64,000 bases of DNA, taken from positions 29,251 to 93,250 of IMG/VR virus record IMGVR_UViG_3300022821_000013; one strand, given 5' to 3'. Position numbers and translations under genes: made by a program. Shown here piece after piece: positions 1-10,229 of this stretch. The DNA is from a virus. The notes beneath the pieces are model-generated. The model was not told the origin of the DNA. It saw nothing but the letters and a program-made list of their open reading frames with translations, and did not search any database. Every line of letters starts with the position of its first letter. Positions within the stretch are counted from its first letter, which is position 1.

Positions 1-521
1 TTATTCAAAAGATGTGATTTAGGTGAAAACTTAACAGTTCCATTACTTAAATCTGTATCTTCTAATGCTATAAATACTTTACATATATGATTTGTTGATG
101 TAGTGTTCAAATGTAATAATTGATTGTGTATCGCTTTAGTTTCACCTAAAAACGTATTCATAGTATGAAATGGTTTAGGTTTCTTAGCGAATAAATACTC
201 TATTGTATTTAATATAGTTGTATTATACAATAATTCTTCTGATAAAGAATTAGTCTTAAAATAATCATAAACTGTATTTTTATAACCATATGAATAATAT
301 GGAGATTCTAAGTTTACATCACCAGTTATTATTGACTTTTGTAATTGAGATTCAAATTCATCAATGAATAATTGATCTATATCCAAATCAATTTTTAGAA
401 ATCCAAATCTATGAAAAAATAATATATCTTTTAAATGGTTCTTATCAAATTCATTTCTAATAGGATATAGATACATTGGTAGATTTGGCATTTCCGACAT
501 AGGCAATGGGAAATCTATCAT
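1..521 (-). CDS. PhyH-like (phytanoyl-CoA dioxygenase family) 2OG-Fe(II) oxygenase, runs off the window edge
   Basis: Not in the ORF track. ATG at 521 overlaps the TGA of the upstream glycosyltransferase (ATGA). Frame is open to base 1: MIDFPLPMSEMP...AIHNQLLHLNTTSTNHICKVFIALEDTDLSNGTVKFSPKSHLLN, matching the PhyH pattern W/F-I-A-L-x-D-x-x-x-x-N-G-x-x-x-F-x-P-x-S-H. Confidence 0.6.
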   Translation of the reverse strand, partial: MIDFPLPMSEMPNLPMYLYPIRNEFDKNHLKDILFFHRFGFLKIDLDIDQLFIDEFESQLQKSIITGDVNLESPYYSYGYKNTVYDYFKTNSLSEELLYNTTILNTIEYLFAKKPKPFHTMNTFLGETKAIHNQLLHLNTTSTNHICKVFIALEDTDLSNGTVKFSPKSHLLN

Positions 522-1144
522 ATAGAGTTATAAAGGTTATTCTGTTTAACTTGTTTATCTAAATCTTTAATATGTATAAGTTCATAACCAGAATCGCTTG
601 GTAATTTTGAATATTTATCAAATCCAACTATAGTTTCGTGAACTGCACCTTGCCATTTAATTTTATCTGTATTCTTATATAATCTAGCTTGGTAATCTGG
701 ATAATTTATATATCCATTCAAATCTATCTGCCATCTCATTTTTTTAATATAATCTTCTGTTATACCATTAACTATATTAATTCTTGGTAAATAGAATAAA
801 TCTATATCTGAGTATTGAGTTAAAAAATCCTTTATAATATCAGGAAAATACTCATTTATATATTCATCTGAATCTATATTAAATATATAATCACCAGAAC
901 ATTTAGAATTTAAAAAATTCTTTTGGTGTGCAAAATCTCTATTTAAAGGATTTTCATATACTTTGATTTGATCTGATGTTGATGTATATTCAAAACATAA
1001 ATCTATAATATCACGTGTAGTATTACCTTGATCTTGTACTATGACTATTTCATCATTAGATTGTATAGATTTTAATAATAAATCAACTAAAAACTTAAAT
1101 TCTTTATATTCATTACATACTAAAATTGCGTATGATATTTTCAT
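518..1144 (-). CDS. Glycosyltransferase family 2
   Basis: N-terminal KISYAILVCNE, DFAHQKN, and DxDE motif (NIDSDE); PDYQARLY...W.GAVHE typical of GT2 beta-glucosyltransferases. Confidence 0.85.
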   Translation of the reverse strand: MKISYAILVCNEYKEFKFLVDLLLKSIQSNDEIVIVQDQGNTTRDIIDLCFEYTSTSDQIKVYENPLNRDFAHQKNFLNSKCSGDYIFNIDSDEYINEYFPDIIKDFLTQYSDIDLFYLPRINIVNGITEDYIKKMRWQIDLNGYINYPDYQARLYKNTDKIKWQGAVHETIVGFDKYSKLPSDSGYELIHIKDLDKQVKQNNLYNSI

Positions 1145-1145
1145 A

Positions 1146-1985
1146 TTATTTCTTTTTCTTTATATTTTTCATTTTATCAGAATATAGGAAATCTGACTGT
1201 TTCTTTATATAATCTCTATCATCTTGGTATTGTTCCATCATACTATTAATTGTATCATCATCCGTTCTACCAGAACGCATAGAGTTTATTATTTCGTCCT
1301 TTAATTCCATAGAAGTCTTCATTCTATGTGTTATATCGGCTTTAACATATTCTTCTTTTGTTTCTGGAATACCATTATAATCAATACCTTTAAATTTATG
1401 AGCTTGTAAATAATCTCTCTGTGCTTGGCTCATCTCTACATATTGATCTATAGTTATAGTATTTGGATTACCTGGATCAACACCCAATCCATATAAAAAT
1501 CTATATTGTATTTCTTCTGGAAAATTATAATCTATCAATTGATAATAATTAAAATTCTTTATTATCATCCGTCTATATGCTTTAGGCTTCTTATCAGTAA
1601 CATATTCACGTATAACACCATCATAATAACGTCTAGATGATAAATCCATTTTTAATTTTGGTATATCAAGTATAGTGTGCTTCTGCTCATAATATATATA
1701 TTTCAATCCATATTTGTCTGCTATATCATCAAATGAACTTACATCAAATGCGTCTAAATTTAATGCATGGACATAACCATCATAATTCTTATTAAGAACT
1801 AATAATAAATATTCATGTGGTTGATCTAAACCCTTACGTTGATATTCTTTGCTTGATGGGGTATAGTTACCAATGATAACCATACCTTTTTCAAGTCTAT
1901 TATGAACTATAGGAGTTTTACGTAAAATCCTATCACGATGTTGTAAGTTTTTAAAATGTCGTATATCTTTATATGACTTAGCCAT
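1146..1985 (-). CDS. Hypothetical phage protein (weak resemblance to T4 gp2 DNA end protector in LVLNKNYDGYVHALNL)
   Basis: 279-aa ORF overlapping its upstream neighbour; the function guess is weak. Confidence 0.45.
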   Translation of the reverse strand: MAKSYKDIRHFKNLQHRDRILRKTPIVHNRLEKGMVIIGNYTPSSKEYQRKGLDQPHEYLLLVLNKNYDGYVHALNLDAFDVSSFDDIADKYGLKYIYYEQKHTILDIPKLKMDLSSRRYYDGVIREYVTDKKPKAYRRMIIKNFNYYQLIDYNFPEEIQYRFLYGLGVDPGNPNTITIDQYVEMSQAQRDYLQAHKFKGIDYNGIPETKEEYVKADITHRMKTSMELKDEIINSMRSGRTDDDTINSMMEQYQDDRDYIKKQSDFLYSDKMKNIKKKK

Positions 1986-3300
1986 TAGACTTTACTTTAT
2001 TTAATTTAGGTAATTCTATCTTTTTCAATTTAGGTAATTCCATCTTAACTTCAGTTGGTATATCAGGAATATATCTATCTAATATCTGCTCAAACTTCAC
2101 TTGCATTTTATCCAATGAGAAGTTATTTCTAATTGCATTCATACCAGATTTGGCGTTTTTAGATAATTTAAGTTCATTAGTATGTTTATAATGCAAAAAC
2201 ATAACTTGCTTAAAATGTTCATAATCAGGTTCAAACCAATGTGATTCTGGTATTAATACATCTTCCCAAACAGCAGATTGGTGTATTTTCTCTAATTTAC
2301 CAGGTAACATATGATGGTCTTTTTTATTTAGAAAATCTAAATGTCCAGACCAACCACTTGCAATTACAGGTTTACCTATAGATGCAAATTCCAACATAGG
2401 TCTACCATAACCCTCACCCCTAGTTAGATTTACCATTGCTGATACTTTCTTGTGATTATACAATGAAACCATTTCTTTTTTGCTTAATTCACCATGTAAT
2501 AAGTAAATATTTGGAATTTTACTTTTATCGGTAAATATAGATTGAATCTTGTTGATTTTTTCAACTACCATATCTCTATCTGTTATAGATAATGTTCCAA
2601 CTGATGTTTTCAATATTAATGCTGGTTTAGCTCCTTCAGTATTATAGAATGTTTCTATAAATGATTTTACTAACATACCAGTATTCTTGCGATCTTGACC
2701 TAAATCACCATTTAACCAATGACCAACATATAAATATGCAAACTCTTCATCTATATTGTCTAATATATTAGCTATACTTGGTTCTACAGGAGTCTTCTTA
2801 TTAATTAATTTAGTATCAACACCCTCAAATAAAACCTCACATGGTCTCATAAGTTCAAGTTGACCAGTTCGATTACCATTATTATCTTTAATTTCATATT
2901 TAGAAACTTCAAATACATCTTTGCTATGTTTAGATGGAACTATAACTAAATCCATTTGATTACAACCCTCAATCCACTTAGCAGATGATAGGTTTGTTTC
3001 TATTCCAGCTGTAATACCAATATTGTATTTTCCTAACCTTTTAAATAATGATGGAACTGTAACCTGCATAAATATATCAGGTGCTTCAGTAACTTTAACT
3101 GCTATTCTATCAATAATACTTATATCATCAGGATCATTAGTATCTAATGCACCCATAGGAGTTGAACCCCAACGTGTAGGTAATATTGTAATATCATATT
3201 TGTCCATATTAATCAATGATACTGCTAAATCACGTGCGTGATGTCCGTATCCTGATAGGGTATCGACTGGCCCTTCAAAATATAATTTTAATTTTGACAT
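1978..3300 (-). CDS. Glycosyltransferase, GT-B fold (GT4-like)
   Basis: SGYGHHARD N-terminal motif, IVPSKHSK, RKN, and the GEGYGRPMLE (E-x7-E) / VIASGWSGHLDF motifs. Confidence 0.9.
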   Translation of the reverse strand: MSKLKLYFEGPVDTLSGYGHHARDLAVSLINMDKYDITILPTRWGSTPMGALDTNDPDDISIIDRIAVKVTEAPDIFMQVTVPSLFKRLGKYNIGITAGIETNLSSAKWIEGCNQMDLVIVPSKHSKDVFEVSKYEIKDNNGNRTGQLELMRPCEVLFEGVDTKLINKKTPVEPSIANILDNIDEEFAYLYVGHWLNGDLGQDRKNTGMLVKSFIETFYNTEGAKPALILKTSVGTLSITDRDMVVEKINKIQSIFTDKSKIPNIYLLHGELSKKEMVSLYNHKKVSAMVNLTRGEGYGRPMLEFASIGKPVIASGWSGHLDFLNKKDHHMLPGKLEKIHQSAVWEDVLIPESHWFEPDYEHFKQVMFLHYKHTNELKLSKNAKSGMNAIRNNFSLDKMQVKFEQILDRYIPDIPTEVKMELPKLKKIELPKLNKVKSNG

Positions 3301-3684
3301 TTATAATTCCTTTAAGAAGTTTTCTGGTATTTCTTTTTTATCACTAAATTTTCTAACTTTATCTATTTCGGCAACTACATTATCATCCGAATCTGTTATA
3401 ATCCACATAATAGTATTTTTTCCAAACTCTAACTCATATTGTAAATCAACTATTTCAAACTCGTAACGTATAGTTCCGTATGTAGTTGGGATTATATTAT
3501 GAACTGATATATTATTATATACTTCTTCTGGAAATAACTCTATAAAATTAACTAAACAATTTATAGATTCTATACATGGTGCAGGAGAACCCATACAATC
3601 AAAGTTATAATGTAATTCTTTAATTCTATAAACCTTCTTAATAAGTTTATTCTTCTCTATCTTATTTTGATTGATCATATACAA
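3301..3684 (-). CDS. Hypothetical protein
   Basis: 127-aa ORF packed between glycosyltransferases. Confidence 0.6.
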   Translation of the reverse strand: MYMINQNKIEKNKLIKKVYRIKELHYNFDCMGSPAPCIESINCLVNFIELFPEEVYNNISVHNIIPTTYGTIRYEFEIVDLQYELEFGKNTIMWIITDSDDNVVAEIDKVRKFSDKKEIPENFLKEL

Positions 3685-4612
3685 TTTTAGATGATTTGTT
3701 TTTAAATTGATCTATTTTAACATTCTCAAATGAAAACGTATCTACATCAGCCATATAGCCAACGAAGTCAGAATGTAATGTATCTATACATTTAATCATT
3801 CTGTTACACATATTCTTAGAAGTCATACCAGTTCTAACATCTAAACAATATTCTCTGGCTAATCGACCACGTCTATCACGTTCTTCTTTACCCATATCAT
3901 ATACTTTCTTTAGTGCATCAGCTACATCATTAGTAGAACAATAATCTTCGTATATATATGGTGTTGGTGGTGATCCAACCATAGTTCTTATTTTTGGATA
4001 TACTGGTAATACCCACTCACCATGTGTAGTATATTTACCATCAGCATTAGTCATCCAATCAGAGTTATAGTAACTTTCGTCAATTAACACGTCGTTTTCA
4101 TCTCTAAAGCCCATTTGATCTTGTAGCCCACCAGTAACATTTCCAATTATCATAGTACCAGCCATCATAGACTCGTGACTACTCAAACCCCAACCCTCAG
4201 CAAATGATATATTTAATGTTACATCTGATATATTATATAATCGGTTCATAGTTTTAGTATCTACTTTCTTAGGTGAAAATGCAACTTTATAATCAGGACA
4301 TAATGCCTCAATTACAGCTGGTAGATCAGTACCATTATTATCAATTGGATCTGTATGTAATATCAATACACATTTATCAGCTTTATCTTTTGGTAACATA
4401 TCACAGAACATCTTATAAGCTAATATAACATCGGATGGTCTTTTTCTTCTTATATTTCTATTAGACCAAAACACAGTAAATTCAGCATTTGTTCGTTGTA
4501 TATGGTCATTCTTAAACTTTAAAAATTCTTCATCATCTTCCTCAATAGGAAAATAATAATCTTCATTTATACCATGTGGTATATAGGATAAATACCTATT
4601 ATAATCTATCAT
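3662..4612 (-). CDS. Glycosyltransferase GT-B, C-terminal (nucleotide-sugar binding) half
   Basis: YIPHGI, NRNIRRKR, AEGWGLSSHE (E-x7-E), NVTGGLQDQ. Confidence 0.85.
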   Translation of the reverse strand: MIDYNRYLSYIPHGINEDYYFPIEEDDEEFLKFKNDHIQRTNAEFTVFWSNRNIRRKRPSDVILAYKMFCDMLPKDKADKCVLILHTDPIDNNGTDLPAVIEALCPDYKVAFSPKKVDTKTMNRLYNISDVTLNISFAEGWGLSSHESMMAGTMIIGNVTGGLQDQMGFRDENDVLIDESYYNSDWMTNADGKYTTHGEWVLPVYPKIRTMVGSPPTPYIYEDYCSTNDVADALKKVYDMGKEERDRRGRLAREYCLDVRTGMTSKNMCNRMIKCIDTLHSDFVGYMADVDTFSFENVKIDQFKNKSSKIVYDQSK

Positions 4613-4623
4613 CGTTAACCTTA

Positions 4624-5244
4624 TTATTTATGATCTATTGTTCTAAATTGCTCATCTCTAAGTACATCTTGATTTAAGGCATATGTTTGTTTTGATATAC
4701 CAATTAATAAATCACATGACTTATACGCACTTTTATTCCACATTGGAGATGGTGAATCATCCCAAATATTATAATATATTAATGGGATACCTTTTGATCT
4801 TATCTCATGTTCCATCATATATAACCAACCCCATTGTCTAGGATCCGTAAAGTGAAATATCATATCTGGTTTCTCATATGTCATAACTTCTAATAGAATA
4901 TCTCTATTGCCATATCCATTATTACAATATATATTAAAATATGAATCTTCAACTCCTGTTTCCTTTTCAATAGAATCACTAAGTAATATTTTTTTACCTT
5001 TCTCTGGGTGATTTAACCCAGCTCCAATCTGTGACCAATTATAACGATGAATAGTTCCTAAAACTATCTCTTTACTTTGAGTTGCAACACCACTAAAATA
5101 CCTAACATCATCAGATAATAATAATATCTTCTTACGCTTATCAGGTGCTAATACTTCGGTTCCATTTCTATCATCACCAACTTTAAATCTTATATGATCC
5201 TTGTTGGTTGGTTGTATAGGCTTTAACTTTGGTAATTCTACCAT
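4624..5244 (-). CDS. Glycosyltransferase GT-B, N-terminal (acceptor) half
   Basis: KKILLLSDD...SGVAT, EKPDMIFHFTDP, YNIWDD, LIGISKQT: the first Rossmann domain of a GT-B enzyme. Confidence 0.8.
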   Translation of the reverse strand: MVELPKLKPIQPTNKDHIRFKVGDDRNGTEVLAPDKRKKILLLSDDVRYFSGVATQSKEIVLGTIHRYNWSQIGAGLNHPEKGKKILLSDSIEKETGVEDSYFNIYCNNGYGNRDILLEVMTYEKPDMIFHFTDPRQWGWLYMMEHEIRSKGIPLIYYNIWDDSPSPMWNKSAYKSCDLLIGISKQTYALNQDVLRDEQFRTIDHK

Positions 5245-5510
5245 TAGTTACCTCTTGATTTTCTTGTAGTTGTTTTAGAAGTCTTTTTAGATTCAGATTT
5301 GATAGTTTCTTCGGTTTTCAAATCTAATTCATCTTGAATACCTTGTTCGATTTCTTCTTCTAATTCAGCTTGGATGTATTCTTCCAATGAATCAGTTGTA
5401 ATAGTAGCTTCCTCTTGAATAGGAGTTTCAACTTTAACTTCTTCTACTATCTCTATCGTTTCTGGTTCAACTCTTACTGGTGGAGTTGATTTTATAGCTC
5501 TATGTGCCAT
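5244..5510 (-). CDS. Small acidic/basic low-complexity protein
   Basis: 88 aa, Glu-rich core and Lys/Thr-rich tail; upstream AGGA and TATTTAT box. Confidence 0.6.
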   Translation of the reverse strand: MAHRAIKSTPPVRVEPETIEIVEEVKVETPIQEEATITTDSLEEYIQAELEEEIEQGIQDELDLKTEETIKSESKKTSKTTTRKSRGN

Positions 5511-5570
5511 GCTCAGTTTCCTGTTTAAATTAAAAAATTCAAAGATAAATATAAACTAATTTTACAAGAA

Positions 5571-6533
5571 TTAACTTCGGTTGGTTTTTGTGCAATATTC
5601 ATCTGTATTATAAGGACAATAATTGCAATTAAAATTATTACGTCCAGTTTTTTTATCGAATGTCTTATCATATAAATAACTTCCATTACCGTCGAATCCA
5701 CCTTCCAAGAAATCAGTTATTATCTTTTTAGATTTATTGATTGTTACATTTCCATGTGGAACATCAACCTTTTGTATATAACTAACTTTAACTGGAAAAT
5801 CAACTGTCTCTGGATCTAATACCTTTCGTTTCAAAACATAAAAAACTGTTTTTATTTGTTCTAATGGTATATTCATTATATGAGAAAAGAATGTTCTATA
5901 TAATATTAATTGGGTTCTAATCACATCATCTTTCTTTTTATAGTCATTCCAAGATTTAGTAGCTGTCTTTAAATCTATTATTAGATATTCTTTTGTTTTC
6001 TTATCTTGTAGGACAATATCTAGTTTTTGTAATATAGCAACACCATAATCCTCTAATAGAGTATATATTGGAAATTCTATAGCAAATAACTTATATGTTT
6101 TTGTAGAAAAATACTTTAGTCTATTGGTTTTTAACCAATCTAATATTCTCACACCATCATTATAGAATTCAGCCATATCATCACGTGATATATCCATATC
6201 AACTTTTTCATTAATATCATTCTCTTGATATATCTCAACCATATAATGATGTAATAACTCGTTAAGATTTATAGCATCAGCTTCTTTAACCGATACATTA
6301 AATATATAATGTAAATACATCTGTATTGTCTGGTGCATTGCAGTACCAAATAACAGATGTATATTATATTTATCTATTCTATTCTTATCAATATATCTAA
6401 GTTTCCATTTATTAGGACAAGCAGTATACATCTGTATCTGACTGAATGATATTAATGGTGTGTCCTTTAGAAGTATTGGTTCTGGTTTATATGTTATATC
6501 ATCGAACTTTGGTAGTGTTTTTATAAAACTCAT
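5571..6533 (-). CDS. PD-(D/E)xK exonuclease (RecB/AddB/Cas4-like)
   Basis: SFSQ..Y..CP..W...Y, FGTAMH, LD...IIDLKT, QL.LY, C-terminal CNYCPY...C cluster. Confidence 0.85.
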   Translation of the reverse strand: MSFIKTLPKFDDITYKPEPILLKDTPLISFSQIQMYTACPNKWKLRYIDKNRIDKYNIHLLFGTAMHQTIQMYLHYIFNVSVKEADAINLNELLHHYMVEIYQENDINEKVDMDISRDDMAEFYNDGVRILDWLKTNRLKYFSTKTYKLFAIEFPIYTLLEDYGVAILQKLDIVLQDKKTKEYLIIDLKTATKSWNDYKKKDDVIRTQLILYRTFFSHIMNIPLEQIKTVFYVLKRKVLDPETVDFPVKVSYIQKVDVPHGNVTINKSKKIITDFLEGGFDGNGSYLYDKTFDKKTGRNNFNCNYCPYNTDEYCTKTNRS

Positions 6534-6657
6534 ATGCTAAATCAAATGTTTTAAATTGTTTAAATTTAATAATAATATCTCGGTCGTATATATCAATTAC
6601 CCACATCTTAGTTGATGATGAGTATATAGGGAATTTGTATCTTATTCGTCTATCCAT
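6499..6657 (-). CDS. Small hypothetical protein (52 aa)
   Basis: Not in the ORF track: MDRRIRYKFPIYSSSTKMWVIDIYDRDIIIKFKQFKTFDLAYEFYKNTTKVR. Fills the 6534-6641 gap and overlaps both neighbours. Confidence 0.45.
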   Translation of the reverse strand: MDRRIRYKFPIYSSSTKMWVIDIYDRDIIIKFKQFKTFDLAYEFYKNTTKVR

Positions 6658-7196
6658 TCTTTAACCAATTGTTTAGCTTTTGTTTCTAATCCTATATAAT
6701 CACTATCGTTAAGTATGATATGGTCAAATTCAGAGTAACTTCTATCTAAATCCACTTCTGATTGGTGTTGGTCATCTGGTATAGAATAACCTTCATAACT
6801 AGCATCAATACGTACTACGATACCACCTAATCTCTTAATTGCATCAAGCTCACCCTTAAATCTAACATCAGTTATTATCCAATTACTATGATCATTATAA
6901 GTTGACATTAAAGATTTAATCCAAATATCATTATCGAAGTTATCTCTCAAACTTTCAGTTCCTAATATCTGTAACATTTGACGAACACTCATACCCCAAT
7001 CTTCTAAGTAATAAGGTTTGTAGTTATCATCAAAAAAATAATATTCTGGTAATCCAGTTATAATACCACATATTCGTTTTAAATTATTAGCAAATGATTT
7101 AGTTTCATACTTTTCATATAAACTACGCTGTAGTATTTTAGCAAACGTATCCTTTCCAGATCGTTTCTTACCTGATATACCTATTAATTTGTTCAT
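6642..7196 (-). CDS. Deoxynucleoside monophosphate kinase (T4 gp1-like)
   Basis: P-loop GISGKKRSGKDT, FA..LK, RQMLQILGTE..R, ITDVRF..E, HQSE. Confidence 0.9.
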   Translation of the reverse strand: MNKLIGISGKKRSGKDTFAKILQRSLYEKYETKSFANNLKRICGIITGLPEYYFFDDNYKPYYLEDWGMSVRQMLQILGTESLRDNFDNDIWIKSLMSTYNDHSNWIITDVRFKGELDAIKRLGGIVVRIDASYEGYSIPDDQHQSEVDLDRSYSEFDHIILNDSDYIGLETKAKQLVKEWIDE

Positions 7197-7645
7197 ATAG
7201 TTCCTATTTTTTTAATTATTTTTTTATATTCTTTATTATCTAAATTTGATTCCGATATAATATGAATTAACTCGTCTTTTCCATCCTGTATATCAATTAA
7301 CATATTATAATATGAAAGTGCAATTCTACCATTACAATTATAATAATTCATTATAGATTTTATTATAATATCAATATCTTTATCAGATTTGGTATTAGAT
7401 TTTATAAGTTTATTATATCCTAATTTACGTGGTAATACAAGTTGCATTAGTTTATACTGTTGTTCTGTATCAAGATATAGATTAGATACTATCTGTAGTG
7501 TATTGATAGTATCTAAATATTCAATATCCATTGATATTAATCTATTAACAATATAAAATGGAAACGTAGCCATTTCATGACTATCTATATCATCAAAGTT
7601 AGTTTTATAAGTTGTTAGATGTTTTATCGCTGTGTTTATATCCAT
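7193..7645 (-). CDS. Clamp loader subunit (T4 gp62-like)
   Basis: F.FYIVNRLISM...QY....LPRK pattern; adjacent to the gp44-like gene. Confidence 0.7.
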   Translation of the reverse strand: MDINTAIKHLTTYKTNFDDIDSHEMATFPFYIVNRLISMDIEYLDTINTLQIVSNLYLDTEQQYKLMQLVLPRKLGYNKLIKSNTKSDKDIDIIIKSIMNYYNCNGRIALSYYNMLIDIQDGKDELIHIISESNLDNKEYKKIIKKIGTI

Positions 7646-7646
7646 A

Positions 7647-7880
7647 TTACAGTTTAGGCATTAACTCTTCAAGTATTTCACCACATTTAGAGCAACAGAA
7701 TACATCTATTGGGATGAACTGATCTGTTGGTTGTCCTGTTAATATAGCGGACGCTCTACGTATAATCATTTTAGTTTCAAATACATCATAATCACATGAT
7801 TTACAATGTACTTCTGTTGTCTTAGTTATATCTAATCTTGGTTGTTGCATTTGCTGATTGTTAGCTCCTACTAAATCCAT
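7647..7880 (-). CDS. Small Zn-ribbon protein
   Basis: CKSC...CSKCG; sits between the clamp loader subunits. Confidence 0.7.
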   Translation of the reverse strand: MDLVGANNQQMQQPRLDITKTTEVHCKSCDYDVFETKMIIRRASAILTGQPTDQFIPIDVFCCSKCGEILEELMPKL

Positions 7881-7881
7881 A

Positions 7882-8823
7882 TTATCCTTTTGTTAAAATT
7901 GATGAGAACATACTCATTATATTTATTTCTTTATCTAAAGAGAAATAATCTTGATATTGATATTGACCTATCAATATTATATTTGACATCATATCACCTG
8001 GTAGTGATTCGATGTTAGTTGATATATATTTGTATATATCATTAAAATTAGTTATTCTTTCGTCAGCTATAAATTGACGAATAGATTTTATTTTTTCAGT
8101 ATTAGACTTTGTAGACTTCATAATTGTTAATAATATATTAAGTTCATCTTTAGTCTTTTTATTCTTATTATTAAGTTTATATTCTCCAGATATACATTTA
8201 CTCTGTAACTCATTATACATAGATCTCATATCTGGATATGAATTATTAATTATATCAACTATACCATTAATTATATCTGGATTTTCAGAATCGTATTTTA
8301 TTGATTCATTATCCATAACATACATTAATCTAGCCATTATATCTTCTTTTGGAGTATCAACAATATCATATAATTTACATCTTGATTTTATAGATGGTAA
8401 TATTCTATCCGAATAATTACAAGTTAATAAAAATCTAGAACTATCACTATATGTTTCTATTATATAGTTTAATGATTCTTGTTGTTTAATTGGTACTCTA
8501 TGAAACTCTTCAAGTAATATTATTTTTAAGTCTTTCTCTGGAACAGATTGACAGAAAGGTAATATTTGGTTTCTTATAGCATCCATATTCATACTTTCAT
8601 TTGTACTAATAATTAAACTTTCGGCATCCAACTCATTTATTAACATTTTTGCTAATGCGGTCTTACCGATACCAGGTGTACCACATAATAACATATGTGG
8701 TATATCCTTGTGTTCAATCATATCACTTATATCTTGCTTGAAGTCATCAGAACAAACATAATCATTTATTGTGCGTGGTCTATACTTTTCAGCCCATATT
8801 TTTGTGTTATCTCTAAATATCAT
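7882..8823 (-). CDS. Clamp loader AAA+ subunit (T4 gp44/RFC small subunit)
   Basis: WAEKYRP, Walker A GTPGIGKT, SRC motif, DMR, DKEIN. Confidence 0.95.
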   Translation of the reverse strand: MIFRDNTKIWAEKYRPRTINDYVCSDDFKQDISDMIEHKDIPHMLLCGTPGIGKTALAKMLINELDAESLIISTNESMNMDAIRNQILPFCQSVPEKDLKIILLEEFHRVPIKQQESLNYIIETYSDSSRFLLTCNYSDRILPSIKSRCKLYDIVDTPKEDIMARLMYVMDNESIKYDSENPDIINGIVDIINNSYPDMRSMYNELQSKCISGEYKLNNKNKKTKDELNILLTIMKSTKSNTEKIKSIRQFIADERITNFNDIYKYISTNIESLPGDMMSNIILIGQYQYQDYFSLDKEINIMSMFSSILTKG

Positions 8824-10214
8824 TTATCTTCTAATATAATTGGTGTATATAAAGTTCTACCACGTTTACTATCAATAACAAATAGATTTTGTGATGGTGG
8901 TTCATACTCAGCCTTGATACTTACTGCGTATGGGTTATACCCTATCAAACAACCATTTAATATAAATCCCTTACCAATTAATGATTGGTGGAAGTGACCG
9001 AATACATCTAAATCGGCTCTAATAGATCTATTCCAAGCTGCAATAGCTTTGTTAATTGGAATAGTTGGTCCACCAACACCACCACCATATCTCATAAAGT
9101 GTCCATGATGAAAACGTGTTATAGTTCCATATATATCTAATATAGTATGATAACTTCGTTGTGCGTGGAATGTAACCATCTTATTAGATTTATAATGTTG
9201 TTCTAATACATAATACATATATTGTTCTAATGAATGCCCCAATTCAGTTGATATTCTTTGTTGTTTAGTCATTCTACCATGATTACCAGTAGAAGATACA
9301 ATCTCAATAGGCAATCCAGTATTAGCAAGTATATAGTCTATAGCACCTGCAATTCTATTTTGTACTTCTATTATAGCTTCGGTTGGCATTAATGAATTTG
9401 ATTCCATTAAATCATCATGAATATCACCAGTTATAAAGTCACCACCTAAATGGATAATTATTTTTTTGGTTTTATAAGGAACCTTAATCATATCAACCAT
9501 TCTACCTGTATCATGCATAAGACAATTAATACGTTTCTCTGCTATACCAAGATTAAACTCATTTAATCCATTTACAGAATGATAATGTACTGTTTCTTCT
9601 ATGTGCCAATCAGACCATTGCAATACAATTGCTGATTCACTACCCTTTATAATATTAGGAGTTGATTTGATTATTTTAGGTGTAAAGTTGTTAGATAGAG
9701 TATCTACCATTTTAGATTCAACTTTTAATTCTTCAATTTCACTTAATGCACGTTTATACTTTTCATTTAATAGTTTATTCTCTCTATCTTTATTTCTAAG
9801 TTTTATATCTACACCAGTATCAATTACAACCGTAGTGTTATCTTGTATACCTTCATCGATTTCATAATCGTTAAATATATCATCTAACTCTAACTCTGAA
9901 TCATCAATATCAATGATCTTGTTATTAATACACCAATTCTTAACTACTGTATAGGAAAGCCCATATTTAGTAGCTACTGATTGTATATCATTTGACTGTT
10001 GAGCTTCAGATATAACTTTGTTTTTAAATTTATCGGAATAATCACTAACTAGTTTGGGTCTATCTAAAAAACCCAAATCACATCTGGTTTCCCAATTTGG
10101 TATTGTGTGATCACCACCAATACCATATTTCTGTTTTAGTTCTTTATAACTTGCACCTGCACGTCTTTCAGCAACTATCCGTTTCTTAGCTTTATTAGAA
10201 TATTTCTTAGCCAT
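8820..10214 (-). CDS. HTH + coiled coil + calcineurin-like metallophosphoesterase
   Basis: SDWH, GGDFITGDIH, GNHGR, HHGH, GHFHQ motifs; two HTH-like segments at the N-terminus. Confidence 0.8.
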   Translation of the reverse strand: MAKKYSNKAKKRIVAERRAGASYKELKQKYGIGGDHTIPNWETRCDLGFLDRPKLVSDYSDKFKNKVISEAQQSNDIQSVATKYGLSYTVVKNWCINNKIIDIDDSELELDDIFNDYEIDEGIQDNTTVVIDTGVDIKLRNKDRENKLLNEKYKRALSEIEELKVESKMVDTLSNNFTPKIIKSTPNIIKGSESAIVLQWSDWHIEETVHYHSVNGLNEFNLGIAEKRINCLMHDTGRMVDMIKVPYKTKKIIIHLGGDFITGDIHDDLMESNSLMPTEAIIEVQNRIAGAIDYILANTGLPIEIVSSTGNHGRMTKQQRISTELGHSLEQYMYYVLEQHYKSNKMVTFHAQRSYHTILDIYGTITRFHHGHFMRYGGGVGGPTIPINKAIAAWNRSIRADLDVFGHFHQSLIGKGFILNGCLIGYNPYAVSIKAEYEPPSQNLFVIDSKRGRTLYTPIILEDK

Positions 10215-10229
10215 TAAAATGCCTTTTGT

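Noticed and set aside
5571-6533. Cas4-like nuclease as part of a CRISPR-Cas system
   Set aside because: No cas1/cas2 or array in the window; stand-alone nucleases of this type are common in phage replication modules.
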